Shown: one piece after another, positions 43,101 through 58,117 of the stretch
How the letters are laid out: every line of letters starts with the position of its first letter
Numbering within the stretch: the stretch's first letter is position 1
Origin: Eledone cirrhosa
Taxonomy: Eukaryota
Direction of reading: 5' to 3'
Length of the DNA stretch: 64,000 nt
Assembly (NCBI GenBank): GCA_964016885.1
Contig: OZ024751.1
Coordinates: 18,972,001-19,036,000, forward strand
Notes under the pieces: model-generated
Databases searched by the model: none
Seen by the model: the letters and a program-made list of their open reading frames with translations, nothing else
Told to the model about the DNA's origin: nothing
Made by a program: the position numbers and the translations under genes

Positions 43101-44480
43101 ATCTGTGTTTCTTTCAGTAAGTGTACGTGTGTGCGTGTGTGTGTGTATCTGTGTTTGTTTCAGTAAGTGTATGTGCGTGGTGCGTGTGTCTGTATGTGAA
43201 TATATAAATGTATGTATGTGTACTTGAATGAGTGAATATCTGTGTGTGGATATATTTGAGATTGTGTGAGTATTTCTGATTGCGTGTGTTTTTGTGTGTG
43301 TTGTGATTTTATGAGAGTGTGAGATTGTTTATGTATGTGTGTATATGTATATCTATGTGTGTTGTTGTGTGATCCTGTGTGTTTGAATATATGTGTATGT
43401 GGTTGTATGTATTTGTAAATGTGAGTGAATTGTGACGGCGTGGTGTGTATTTGTGTGCATGTGTGTATGTTTATGTGTGTGTGTTGTGCGACAACGTACG
43501 TATGCATATGTGAATGTATGTGTGTGTGTTTTGTGGTTGAATGTGTTGCGTGTGTATATGTGTGTATGTGCATTGTGTGACAATCTTAGTATGTGTTTGA
43601 TTGTGTGTGTATGTGTGCATATGTGTGTGTGCGTGACGTGTGACATTACATGTATATGTTGGTGGTGCTTGTATATGTTGATATGTGTGTGTGTGTGTGT
43701 GTGTGTGTGACAATATAGTGTGCGCCTGAATATGTGTGTGCGTATGTGTGTATGTGTATAGAGTGACGATATTGTATATGCTCGACTATGTGTGTATGCG
43801 TGTGTATGTATGTGTATGTATGAATATGTGTATGTATATATGTTTATGTGTGTTGTGTGCCTGAATATGTATGTGCTTATATATGTGTATGTGAGCATAT
43901 GTACGTATATATGTGTATATGTGTGTTGCATGCCAATATTGTGTGTGCTTGAATATGTATGTGTCTATATGTGTGCATATGTGTGTATATGTGTGTTGTG
44001 TGAGAATATGGCGTGTGTTTGAATATGTATGTGTCTATGTGTGTATATGTGTGTTTATGTATGTATATGTGTTTATATGTATATGTGTGTATATGTTTAT
44101 ATATGTTGTTATATGTATGTGTGTTTATGTATGTATGTGTTTATATGTATATATTTGTATATGTATGTGTATGTTGTTATATGTATGTGTGTGTGTTTAT
44201 ATGTATATGTGTGTATATGTATGTGTATGTGTTTATATGTATATGTGTGTATATGTATATATATGTTATATGTACGTGTGTATATATGTATGTATATGTG
44301 TGTTGTGTGACAATATGGCGTGTGTTTGAATATGTATGTGTCTATGTGTGTATATGTATGTAAATGTCTTTATATGTATATGCGTGTTGTGTGACAATAT
44401 GGCGTATGTATGTGTATATGTGTGTATATGTATGTATATGTGATTATATGTATATGTGTGTATATGAGTGTTGTGTGACA
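41840..44480. repeat. (CAC/CAT)n field, GTTTCAGTAAGT minisatellite and degenerate (GT/AT)n
   Basis: Direct reading; source of the GD-rich and VM-rich ORFs. Confidence 0.9.
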
Positions 44481-45218
44481 ATATAATGGTGTGTCAACCC
44501 TGTCCATTCGTTTCCGAACCATTATTCAGTTCCCAACATACCACCCAATTTCCTTTAGCGTTTCCCAGCTGTCATTTTTGATTCCTGTCGTCCGCCATTT
44601 TTCACCCCAACACATCTTGGTTTCCTTCTGGACATTTTTTTTTTATTATTCTTTTTCTCTATTCTGATACATTTATTTATTCGATTAATTCTTTGATTCC
44701 TCCACCGATTCACTCATTCATTTCTTCGCTGATTCACTCATTCGTTTATCAACCACATCATTTAGACAGTAATTCCTTCATTTTTTTTCCCCTCAATCTT
44801 TGACTCATTCGTTTAGTTTAGACAGTGATGCATTCATTCATTCGTACATCTATTAAATTATGTCGATGAGGCTGTCATAACTTCAGTCACTCACTCGTTC
44901 TTTTACTCATATATGGGCTCCTTTACTGATTCACTCATTCATTTATCCACCGAATCGATTATAATAATTCCTTCATATTTTTCATTCAATTTTTTATTCA
45001 TTCGTTTAGTCTGACATTGATTCGTTCACTCATTCATTCAAACGTTCGTCTATCAAATTATTATATCGATGAGGTTGTCATAACTTCCATCACTCACTCG
45101 TTCTTTTACTCATATATTGGCTCCTTCACTGATTTACCTGCTCAATTACGGAACTGTAGAAGACCTCGCGTAAGCATCTGAAACTATAATAATCCCCAGA
45201 AGACAGTCGATGAGCGGC

Positions 45219-45256
<38 letters not shown>

Positions 45257-45259
<3 letters not shown>

Positions 45260-45458
45260 TAGATGAGATTCTACAGGACTAGAACTATTTCATTCTTTAG
45301 AAATCATCAGGAATCTCTGAGATTCCTGATGATTTCTAAAGAATGAAACAGTTCTAGTCCTGTAGAATCTCATCTATATTAAAACTTTTATACTCTGCTA
45401 TGTATTGAATACCTTACTTACTGTAGTTACCTCCGATTCAACCCGGAATAACTTACCT
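45257..45458. mobile_element. Fold-back HHR element, family A, copy 4
   Basis: Cleanest HHR of the family at 45319-45371: GAGATTC-CTGATGA-TTTCTAAAGAAT-GAAA-CAGTTCTAGTCCTG-TA-GAATCTC; mirrored on the left arm. Confidence 0.85.
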
Positions 45459-46232
45459 ATATATATATATATATATATTTATATTAGAATAAGGATTAAC
45501 AACGCTTTAAATTAAGTCATCTAATTTATTTACGACCGTTTCGTTAAAATAACTGGAATATTCCATTCCTGTTAAAATAAACTCATCGGAATCGATTAAA
45601 TTAAAATAATATTTACCTTACAAATCCATAAAATTATGGTAGAAGTGCGAAAAGTATAAACAATTCAAATACTGTCGGGAAAACGTTAAAATTTTATGGA
45701 GGCCTAAAATCGTGATTAAAATATATCAATGATAAAAATAGAACGTTCAGTAACTAAAGATATTATACTAGTATATACTGATGCACATACACTACTCACT
45801 GAATTAGAGTTATTGGTATACAACTAGAACATATCAGTTTGATAACCCGTATTAATTGAAATTATAAAACTAACGTCAGAACACAGACTAATTCTTTCAG
45901 AGAGAAAGAAAGAAAAAAAAAATGAACCCCAGTGATAGACAAGATATTACTTTCTATCGATCTCGATAAGATTAAATCTATAGTCAACCTAGGTTGGATT
46001 TGTACTCAGCAAGCACAGAAACACCGCAAAACATTCCAAACATAGACACATACACACACACACACACACACATACGTTCATACATACATACAGAAAGAAA
46101 GACATACAGACACACTCACACACACACATACATAGATTCATACATACAGGCAGACGGACAGTCAGACAGAGAGACACATATACATGTATACATACATACA
46201 TACGTACATACATACATGCATACATACAATGT

Positions 46233-46349
46233 ATAACTGAACTTGGATTTGCGGACAAAGAGCGCAGCTCCCTGATTCATAGTCTACAAATGGCTGCGAT
46301 AGCTGGCACCTTCAAAATTTGCAAAACATTCTTGCGATTCAAGAGATGA
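46233..46349 (+). pseudogene. C-terminal fragment of an RLE-type non-LTR retrotransposon ORF
   Basis: ITELGFADKERSSLIHSLQMAAIAGTFKICKTFLRFKR* resembles the LQxxxxxGTxxIxR tail of R4/NeSL-type ORFs. Confidence 0.55.
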
Positions 46350-47493
46350 CAATTTCTTTTCTTTCACAACCTTGCCACCAGGAAGGTGGCCGGACAAGAA
46401 TATACTCGAAACTAAGAGAAAGACAGAACATAGAAATATGATGGCTGCCCCCTCGTTATCGAGTATGGCCATTGCACGATATACCATTATTAATAATTAT
46501 TAATTAATTCTATCGTGCAATGTCTGTGCGTGAAGATATTTTTTAAAGTGAGGAAAGACTGTGCACTGAGCCAATCTCACTCTCTGAGCGACAGTAGCTA
46601 TGACCCGAAAAGAAGAAAAGATCAACATCATCGGTAACTACTGAGCCGCAGGTTTTATATCGGAGTTATCCCAGTTTCCTGAGCTGCCTTCTCCTAGAAG
46701 AATGCCCTGACAAAGGCTAGGAGTCCTTCTCTCCCAGTGGTTTAACCGCGCGGTACATGTGTATATACATATTTACACATTTTCGGATGGCCGTTGACTC
46801 TTATCAGATTTTCCGCCCTTTGTCAGGTTTTGTTTTTTGTCCTGCAGGGTGTCTAAAATCACCCTCTTCACCAAGTAAACTTGGTGGGGTTGCCGATTTA
46901 TTCGCCGACGACCCGACCATGCGACATGTTGTACTGGGTTACATGTTACCAGCAGCATTCAAGAGCACCAGTAGCACATATAAACATACATACATACATA
47001 CTATATACATACTATACATACATACAGAAAAACATACAAATTGACTCACTCACACACGCATACATACATACACACAAACAGACATACTCTCACAAATACA
47101 TACATACATACATACATACAAACATATATACATACATACAGACAGACAGACAGTCAGCCGGAGACAAAGACAAAGAGCATACGACAGAAATACACAGGAA
47201 GTGAGAACATTTTAACTCCTAAGTCAATAACCTACTAATGCCGGTTTCAAAGAATCAGGTTTACATGGCGACCTTTAAAATCCTATTTTAAAATCAATTG
47301 ACGTTGAAATTCGAACACGTAATAAAATTAAGTTTGGAAAGTCAGAAATTGAAGAAATGTTCGATGCCATTGTATTTTTAGATTAGAACTCATTGAATTG
47401 AATTCTGTATATAATGTGTGTATGTGTGTATATATAAATATATATATATATATATGGGGGGGGGGTGTATGTGTGTGTGTGTTTGTGCGCGTG

Positions 47494-47602
<109 letters not shown>

Positions 47603-47618
47603 GTGTGTGTGTGTAGAC

Positions 47619-47814
<196 letters not shown>

Positions 47815-48094
47815 AGACATGTATATATATATATATATATATATATATGGGGTTTGTAGGGTGGGTGTAATGGAAGTAATTTTAGCTGTTAGACTCATTT
47901 TCTCTTATATAGTGAATCTAAGTTAAAATCTTCGTGGAGTATTACACAATCCTGTCTAGTTCTAAATATAAAGTAGCTTGAATAAAGGATAGATACAAGT
48001 TGGTTACGTGTATATGTACAAAACAGAATATTTATAGAGACATATTTATGTATGTATACATATCTTATGTATATATATATATATATATATATAT

Positions 48095-48292
48095 GAAAAT
48101 GTTTCACCCCGACGGCAGAGCTAAAGCCGTTTCGACGACTATTTCTGGACTCTGAGTAAGAGAAATAGCCGTCGAAACGGCTTGTTCTCTGCCGTCGGGG
48201 TCAAACATTTTCCTATTACCTACTTTACTACCCTAAGTATTGAGTACTCTGGTGCGTTATGGTCCATCTGGTTCCTTACCACACCTCCTTCG

Positions 48293-48295
<3 letters not shown>
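48095..48295. mobile_element. Fold-back element, family D
   Basis: Inverted arms around ~48150; GTC-GAAA-CGGC..GCCG-TC-GGGGT; (TA)n flanks. Confidence 0.75.
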
Positions 48296-48360
<65 letters not shown>

Positions 48361-48779
48361 TATATATATATTTATGTATATACATATATATACATATATA
48401 CATATATACATGGACATACAATTACACACACACTTTCATATATATGTGTGTGTGTATATATATATGTGTGTGTGTTTTAACAGTTGCCTTTTTAATACGT
48501 CAGTGTATCAGAGTTTGCGTGCGCGCATATCTATGTGTACCTGTATGTATGTATGAATGTATGTATGTATATTTGTATGTATGTATGAATCCATGTATGT
48601 AAGTATGTACGCATGTAAGTATGTATGAAGATTCTATGCAGTATCTATCGTTTTTTGTATCAGAAATTGTTCAGGAGAAAAGAATGAAGAGTTAAATATA
48701 AACAATTTCAGGCAATTTAAACGTAGACAGAAAATTAGTGAAGATTATTCTCATGGTTTTCTTACTTTATTTCATCGTC

Positions 48780-49142
48780 ATCGGAAGATATCTAACCTCA
48801 ACGATGTTGTACACGGGGGAAATATTGCTACAGGAACGCCACATATCTCGTGATAACCTACAGGGAGATCTATATATGTCATGATCATAGGATGATGCTC
48901 AAGTTGAGATATATAGTCTTGATCGGAAGATGACCCTCAGATAGAGCTATATATGTCATGTTTCCTGTATGACGCTCAAGTCAAGCTATATAATCTTGAT
49001 CATAGGATGATGCTCAAGTCGAGCTATATAGTCATGATCGGAAGATAACCCTCAGGTAGAGGTATATATGTCATGATCATAGGATGATGTTCAAGTCAAG
49101 CTATATAATCTCCATCGGTGGATAACCCTCAGCTGAAGCTGT
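48780..49142. repeat. ~38-bp (dimeric ~76-bp) minisatellite, resuming at 53330-53470 and 53888-54030
   Basis: Alternating GATCGGAAGATGACCCTCAG.. and GATCATAGGATGATGCTCAAGTC.. units. Confidence 0.8.
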
Positions 49143-49202
49143 ATATATATATACGATATTAACAAATGGAAACTATATTTATAAAACCATATTTATTTCA
49201 AT

Positions 49203-50877
49203 ATACAACTCTTCATGCCAAGGAAACCTAAAATTAATATGAAGGATCACAAAAAGAACTTTGAAACTGATTTACCAGTCAGATTAATTGCACCATCTAA
49301 ATTGGACCTTGGCATATATTTTAAACAGAATAATACCACAAATTAAGAATTTATCCTATTTAAAATTATGGAAAGGAACTAGTGAAGTTATCGATTGGTT
49401 TAAGGAAATTAAATATAACTATAATAATAAGTTTATTCAGTTGGATATTGCTAACTATTACTCATCTATCACTCCTAATCTACTGAATGAAGCACTAACT
49501 TACGCATTTAAACATACAGACTTAACTAGCAATGAAATGCACATTATATTATCGGCACGGAAAACATTAATAGAATTTAATAACCTACTCTGGACTAGGG
49601 CAGATATAAATAATAACTTTGATATAACTATGGGATCAGGTAACGGATCTTGTGGGCCTCTTTATAAATAATTCTCTACATAGGAAAATACCTGAGATAA
49701 CCGGAGGTTTATATCGTGATGACATGCTTTTACTTATAAAAAATAATAACTGTGAACTAAATAGAAAAAGAAAACAAATTATACAATTTTTTAATTACCT
49801 TAATCTAAAAGTAGAAATAGAGAATAACCATAAAATAGTTAACTTTCTAGATGTAACACTAAACCTTAACACATGTCTTCATTATCCATTTCACAAACTA
49901 AATGAGAACTTAAACTACGTCAATTTTAACTCTAATAACCCCAGATCCATTAAAAATACTATAGTGAACTCTGTACAGCAACGAATTTCGAGAATTTCGG
50001 CTAATAAGAATATATTTGATGAAAAAGCACATTACTACAACGAAGCGTTAGGTAGAGCTGGGTATAGAAATAAAATTAATACATTGATAATAATAATATA
50101 ACAACTAACCATAATCTTAACAATTTTAACTATTTTAACAATTTTAACAACTATAATAGAAAACCTTACAATAATTCCGAAAACAAAAAAAGAAATAGAA
50201 CAAGGAATATATTTTGGGTCGCTCCTCCTTTCTCATTAAATATTAAAACTCCTATTGCTAAACTATTTTTTAAAGCTCTTGACAAATGCTTCCCTAGAAC
50301 ACATAGATATTACTCAATTTTTAATAGACGTACTATAAAATTAACTTATTCTTCCACCAAAAATATAGCGCAAAATATTAATAGAATTAATAATAGAAAT
50401 TTAAAACCTAACCAAAATACCACTAATAACCCAAGCAATATCCAATTTGATAAATGTAACTGTAGAAATAAATCTAACTGTCCGTTAAATAACAATTGCT
50501 TAGCTAAAAATATAGTATATAATTATAATGTAAAAACTAATTTAAATTCATTTAATTATGTGGGATCCACTTCCACAGAGTTTAAATCCCGTTTCAATAA
50601 TCATAAAAATTCTTTTACGAATCCAAACAAAAAATCTTCAACTTCTCTATCTAGCTTATTATGGGACCTCAAACTAAAGAACGTTGAATATTCGTTGATT
50701 TGGAATATCATTTCACAAGCTACTCCTTTTAACTCCTCTTCAGAAAATTGTGATCTTTGTATAGAGGAAATATTCTTTATATTAAAGACCAAAAATTCCT
50801 TGAACCTAAGGAACAATTTATTCAGTTGCCGTAGACATAGATTGAACTCAACGTTTAAATATAAATTTAAAATGTAA
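49203..50877 (+). pseudogene. PLE reverse transcriptase / GIY-YIG endonuclease ORF (about 3 frameshifts)
   Basis: RT motifs MKDHKKNF..PVRLIAPSKLDLG, FIQLDIANYYSSI, FDITMGS, GGLYRDD and VNFLDVTLNL; linker RNIFWVAPPFS..IFNRRTIKLTYS; CNC..CPL..C then NIVY..YVGST..FKSRFNNHK..CDLCIEE. Confidence 0.92.
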
Positions 50878-51954
50878 TATATAATTAATTAACTAATTCT
50901 ATCGATAAATCATTAGATTCCTTCATTTTTTGACTGCTTATACACTCAAGTAAAAAAAACTTTTCTTCCTAAATATAAATAAATATAATAAACTCTTCTA
51001 GAGAAATATACCGAAAGCTCTTAAAAGGGGAAAATATTTTTTGATAGTTTCTCCTATTTTCGAAAGTTTCACTTTTGAAAGTTTCTTTTTCTTTCTCTTA
51101 TTCGATATAAAATTAAGTTAAATATACGTAGAAAATTTTATACTAAATTTATTAAACATATTATTATTTTAAAATTATAACTTGAAATATTCTATAATAT
51201 TTTAAAAGTTATATTGTTTTAAAGTTATATTGCTTATAATTATATTTCCAAATCGTAATATAATTCTTTTGTATTTTATGTACTTCAATTATACTATATA
51301 CTGTATTTATATATCTATTTCTCTCTCTATATGTGTGTATATATATATATATGTGTGTATTGATATACATGTACATATATTTATGTGTGTATGGGTATCT
51401 CTATGTATATATATATATGTGATGCATATCTACCTATTTGTGTGGGTACGTCTATGTATGTATAAGTGGGAATTGTGTATATATATATATGTGTATATCC
51501 ATACAATTCAATTGAACTTATTTATAAGGATTATCCTAAGGTTCGTGACAAATAAACATATATAATAACAGTCATAACTACATAACAGGTAATCTTATTA
51601 AATATAAAACTTATATAAAAAAAAATTTGTATAATAACATAAAGTGTGTATAACATAAAATTTCCTTTAATATCTTAACAATTGTAACATTTATATAACT
51701 AAATAACGTAATTTTCCTTCACGCTGCTTTGATATTACATAGAAATGATTTTCTCTGATTTTATAAGATTCCTATATCTTAAATTAAAAAATCCTCTATA
51801 TTTTGTATGTATATATTATATACGTAGATAGATATGTATATATGTTTATACGTGTGTATATATATTTATATGTATGTATATTTGCGTGTGTATATGTGTG
51901 AATATATTCTTCTAATAATATATAGATTTTTAATAATATATAGTCTTAATAATA

Positions 51955-52100
51955 CTTGTTTCTACTTTAGGCACAAAACCAGCAATTCACCAGTGCATCA
52001 CTGGTACTTTATTTTATCGACCCCGTAGGGATGAAAGGCAAAGTCAACCTCGACGGGATTTGAACTCAGATCGTAAAGGGACGTAACTATGCTGGAAAGC
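51955..52100 (-). mobile_element. Family 1 SINE nested in the PLE 3' region
   Basis: Family 1 core on the minus strand. Confidence 0.8.
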
Positions 52101-52572
52101 TAGATTTCTTAATATATAGATCTCAATTTTTAATGTATGGATCTCAATATTTTAATTGATTAACTAAACATTTAATCATATTTAAACAATGGTTAAAATT
52201 CTCATATTATATATGTATCTTCCATTCATAATTATTTACATTTCTAATTTTATTTACTCTTTCACTTCATCTCAAATGTTAAGATAACTCAACAACCTAT
52301 CACTTAGAGTTTTCGCTCTCTCTCCTTTCTCTTTCTCCTCTCTCTCTCTCTCTCTCTTCTTTTTTTTCTCTTTCTTTTTTTCTCTCTCTTGTTCTTCTCT
52401 CTCTCTCTCTTTCTCTTTCTCCGTAACCCAACGGCTTATTTAAAAATATCCAATACTAACTTACCTAATAGTATAATTAAAGATACAACTCCACTATCCG
52501 GGAGCTTTCAACAGTAATGGTTGCATTCTTTAAGGGTATGTCAATATTTATTTATAAAACTGCTCTATATTA

Positions 52573-52637
52573 TATTTTATCTGATGACAGCACACCATAA
52601 TTTAACTTAGTGTCCTTGAAATATGTATAATGAAATA
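52573..52637 (+). ncRNA. Hammerhead ribozyme in the PLE terminal repeat
   Basis: TATTTTAT-CTGATGA-stem II-GAAA-TATGTA-TA-ATGAAATA; predicted AUA cut after 52629. Confidence 0.75.
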
Positions 52638-52783
52638 AATATGGTTTTATAAATATAGTTTCCATTTGTTAATATAGTATTTTTACTCCAATTATTTGTT
52701 GAGTGCTTTATATCAGTTATAAAAATATTTGCTTGTTGTATCCCAACAATTTAAATAGAACTTTTACATATATATATATATAT

Positions 52784-52841
<58 letters not shown>

Positions 52842-53099
52842 CAATCATATGTCAATCATATCTCATTTTGTTTGACCCGTTTAGCTTGTTCGCTCTTTTG
52901 GCGATGGTGGTTAATGGCTTCTTAACCATCGCCTCAGCGTGTATGATCATTTTAACTTATGTTTATAGCTCTGGTATCTTCTTCTTCACATCCATGGAGC
53001 GCTTGTCTGCACAATATGGAAGTTGCAATTCTCTAATTTCTACCCGCCGAAATGCGATTCTCGCTAAATTTATATTTGTGTATATATATATATATATTA

Positions 53100-53300
53100 T
53101 AGTTAAAACAGAAAACAAAAAACAAAAACAAAGCGAAGAGTGCAGTACAAAGTGTTAGTATTAGGCTCACGCTTGAGAGTGGTCGGTGGGGGACGTTTCG
53201 GCCATAAGCCCTTCATCAGGAGAAAAGTGGGCAGGAAAATAGTTCCGAGGGTGTGGGGGGAGTGGTGGAAAGATATTAAAAGAGGGGATTTAAAAGAGGG
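53100..53300 (-). mobile_element. PLE-type terminal fragment with HHR core
   Basis: Minus strand CTGATGA-AGGGCTTATGGCC-GAAA-CG-TC at ~53192-53219; stem I not evident; TA flanks. Confidence 0.5.
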
Positions 53301-54160
53301 TAAAATATTAATATATATATAAAACTTGACCCCAGGATGATACTCAAGTCGAGCTATATAGTCTTGATCGGAAGATGACCCTTGGGTGGAGCTATATATG
53401 TCATGATCACAGGATGATGCTCATGTCAAGCAATATAGTCTTGATCGAGGATGACCCTCAGGTGGAGCTATATATATATATATATGGCGCTATATGTATA
53501 TATATATACATACATGCATACATATATATATGTACGTATGGCTTTACCGAACATTTATTATAATGTTCGGTTTGTTTGTAAACAAACAGCCCGAATTACG
53601 CCGTACAGTGTTCGGCAACCATCGTCGTCTTTTGTTCAACACTGACACAGGAACGATGAACTAGTTTCAGGCTTATTAGCTATCGTCAGCATCGTATACC
53701 TTCCTGTCAGATGATTGAATGTTTGAAAGTATAAACTTTCCTTATGCATATAAACTGCTGAGCAGCCTAATTTGCATATCGAGTGAGTTAGTCGGCCGGG
53801 CGTACTGAAAACGATAAATGGAAAAGAATGAAACGTAATTTCATTTCTCACTCTTAGTACAATGTATATATATTTATATATATACATTGGTCACAGGATG
53901 ATGCTTAAGTCGAGCCATATATGTCTTGATAAGAAGATAATCCACAAGAGGAGCTATATACGTCCTGACCAGAAGATCATCCTTAAGTGGAGCTATATGT
54001 GTCCTGATCAGAGGATGACCCACAAGCTGAGTAAATATATCAAACCCCCTTTTTTTTGCATCCAGACCCCACTGATGAATGAAGTCAACAAAGCACAACT
54101 AGGAAATCCGCGGAGTATATTTATTACATGTACTACTACTTCTACTACTATTACTACTAT

Positions 54161-54215
<55 letters not shown>

Positions 54216-54273
54216 GCTGCTGCTACTACTACTACTGCTACTACTACAATTACTATTACTACTACTACTACTG

Positions 54274-54326
<53 letters not shown>

Positions 54327-54340
54327 GCTGTACTACTTCT

Positions 54341-54402
<62 letters not shown>

Positions 54403-54488
54403 CATTACTACTACTACCACAACCACCACAAATAAGATAATGTGATATATATTTATGATAGTAGTAGTAGTGGTTGTTGCTGTTGTCA

Positions 54489-54541
<53 letters not shown>

Positions 54542-55026
54542 TGTAATTTTCAATATGTTTTGGTATTACATAACCAAAGACTGCAATCGCATACATACAC
54601 ACACATACACAGACAAAAGCACACACATACTAACACAAACACACACACACACACACACACAAACAAAATATAACAATTACAACAACCACAAAACATCATT
54701 TACATCCCATAATACGTCAAGCAACAAAGAACAACAGCAACAATATGTACATGGTGCAATACAGTGATGTGTTGATGGTGTAATATTTGAGGATAATTGG
54801 TAAGTCAGAAGGTGAGGTTCTCTGTTGGATTTCATCCGAGGAAAAAGTCAATTTTCTCTCTTTTTAATCACAAATGGAATATCACAAATTCAATCTATTA
54901 ACCCCAGTTGGTGTATACAGTACACACACCTCCATATATAGACATTCAAGTATACACTCTCGCACGCAAAGGTAAACTACCACAGTCGGACACTCATACA
55001 CACACAGAGACACACACATATATGTA

Positions 55027-55113
<87 letters not shown>

Positions 55114-55185
55114 ATACTTGGGGAGGGACACACGATTTCATATCAAAAACCTCTCAAAACTAATATATATATATATACACATATA

Positions 55186-55297
<112 letters not shown>

Positions 55298-56727
55298 AAG
55301 AAAGAGATGTATATAGATAGATAGATAGATAGAGAGATAGATAAATAGATAGATAGATAGATAGATAGATAGATGCGTGTGGTGTGTGTGTGTGTGTATT
55401 TGTATGTGTGAGTGTATTTTTGTTTGCTAGCCGGCAAAAATGAGTTGTAACTGTAATACAAATGCCCAGCCTTGACGCACCATGTGTCACGCTAAATCTC
55501 CCTGAGAAGTATGCTGTGAGTACATGAGACTGTGAAATGCTCAGCCACTTGCACGTTAGTTTCATAATCGAATCAAATGGAACATTCGCTGTCGGAAAGG
55601 CCGGAGTTCCGACACACACACACACACGCACACATATATATATATATATATAAAACATATATATGCACACATACACACCCATATGCACATATATGTAAAT
55701 ATATGTGCCTCTTCGCCTCCACGTTTTTTTTTGTACTATGATAGAAAGCTCCCAGTCCCCCACCACCACCACCACCACCACCAACACTACACCACCATCA
55801 CCACCAAAACTACCAACACTACACCACCACTGCACCACCATCACAACCACCACTGCACCACCACTACAACCACACCTCTCCACTATACTACAACACCACC
55901 ACCACTAGACTAACACCAACATTACAACACCACCACCACTACCACTACACCACCACCATCACTACACTACCACCACCATCCCTACACCACCACCACAACC
56001 AACACTACAACCACACCACTTCTACACCACTACCACCACCACCACACCACCACACTACAACACCACTACCACCACGACCACCACCACCACACGACCACTA
56101 CCACCACCACCACACCTCCACTACACCACTGCACTACAACACCACCACCACTACACTACCACCACCACTACACCGTCATCACTGCACCACCACCACTACA
56201 ACACCACGGCCACCACACCACCACTACCATACCACCACTACCACCACCACTACACCACCATACCACCACCACCACACGCAGTGACTACCAATGAGATTTT
56301 GAAATGACTTACTGACAGTATCGTGAATCAATTACTGAAGCCTGTGTGACAAGGTCACTCCATAGTGACAAGGTCACTCCATAGTGACAAGATTGCTCCT
56401 GTTTGACAGGTAGGTGAGAGCGAACAGGGTCTTTAGATGACGTCACATTGGCCAATAGACAAAGATGATGTGAAAAACCTGCCTGATTATATTAACGGAA
56501 ATACATCAATATTTAGCGATTTAGCAAAATATCAGCTTCACTTACATTTAATGTTGTTGTGTGTTTTTAGCAATATCCATTTATTTTTTTCCCTTTATTT
56601 TGTGTTTTATTTTCGTATCTCAGGTGGTAAATCTAGAACTATACCATATTATAGATAAATATGTCGGCTAAGCTGAACAGAACTATATATAATCAATTGC
56701 TTTCAAGCATTTTCTGTTCTACCATGG

Positions 56728-56783
<56 letters not shown>

Positions 56784-56787
<4 letters not shown>

Positions 56788-56970
56788 GGAGCTTCCAACA
56801 GAAATGGTCGCATTCTTTAAGGGTATGTCAATATTTATTTATAAAACTGCTCCTATATTATATTTTATCTGATGAAACCACACCATAATTTAACTTGGTG
56901 TCCTTGAAATATGTATAATGAAATAAATATGGTTTTATAAATATAGTTTCCATTTGTTAATATATTGTAT
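56784..56970 (+). mobile_element. Solo PLE terminal repeat with HHR (family C)
   Basis: Close match to 52497-52675; starts in (TA)n. Confidence 0.85.
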
Positions 56971-56978
56971 ATATATCA

Positions 56979-57173
56979 GGGCGGTGGATTGGCAGTATCG
57001 GTAGAGGGTCAGACACCATGCTTTCCAGCATAGTTACGTCCCTTTACGATCTGAGTTCAAATCCCGCCGAGGTTGACTTTGCCTTTCATCCTTACGGGGT
57101 CGATAAAATAAAGTACCAGTAATGCACTGGGTGATTGCTGGCCTTGTGCCTAAAGTAGAAACAGTTAATATAT

Positions 57174-57208
<35 letters not shown>

Positions 57209-57315
57209 ATTGTTTCTACTTTAGGCACAAGGCCAGCAATTACCCAGTGCATTACTGGTACTTTATTTTATCGACCTCGTAAGGATGAAAGGCAAAGTCA
57301 ACCTCGGCGGGATTT
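56979..57315. mobile_element. Two family 1 SINEs tail-to-tail around a TA run
   Basis: Copies at 56979-57165 (+) and 57207-57315 (-, 5'-truncated). Confidence 0.85.
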
Positions 57316-57347
57316 AGTAGTAATAATAATAATAATAATAATAATAG

Positions 57348-57566
57348 AAAATTAACCGATACCAGGACTTAAAGTGGGAGGTAAAAAGGATTTGGAAATG
57401 CCATGAAGTCAAAGTGGTCCCGATTGTCATAGGCGCACTAGGTACTATCTCAAGGAGTTTCCAGGGATGGTTAAAGAAGATTAGTCCAGCCCCGCTTTTT
57501 GGAACACTTCAAATGGTATGCTTGCTGGGAATAGCAAGAACACTCCGATACGTCCTGAATATCTGA
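57348..57566 (+). pseudogene. 3' end of an R4/Dong-like LINE (restriction-like endonuclease C-terminus)
   Basis: KINRYQDLKWEVKRIWKCHEVKVVPIVIGALGTI...LQMVCLLGIARTLRYVLNI*; begins directly after (TAA)n, the known Dong target. Confidence 0.85.
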
Positions 57567-57661
57567 GGCTGCAGAGTTAAACAAGATTCAATGAGTACAA
57601 CAAAGAATGAGTTTTACAGTAGATTGGAAGCACTCAACAGCGAAAAATTTCCAGAGTTATT

Positions 57662-58117
<456 letters not shown>

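Larger units (their letters stand above)
49156..52770 (+). mobile_element. Penelope-like retroelement, 5'-truncated, with inverted 5' terminal piece and 3' HHR
   Basis: RT plus GIY-YIG coding remnants, long AT-rich 3' region, HHR at 52573-52637; 49156-49200 is the reverse complement of 52631-52675; TA runs at both ends. Confidence 0.9.
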
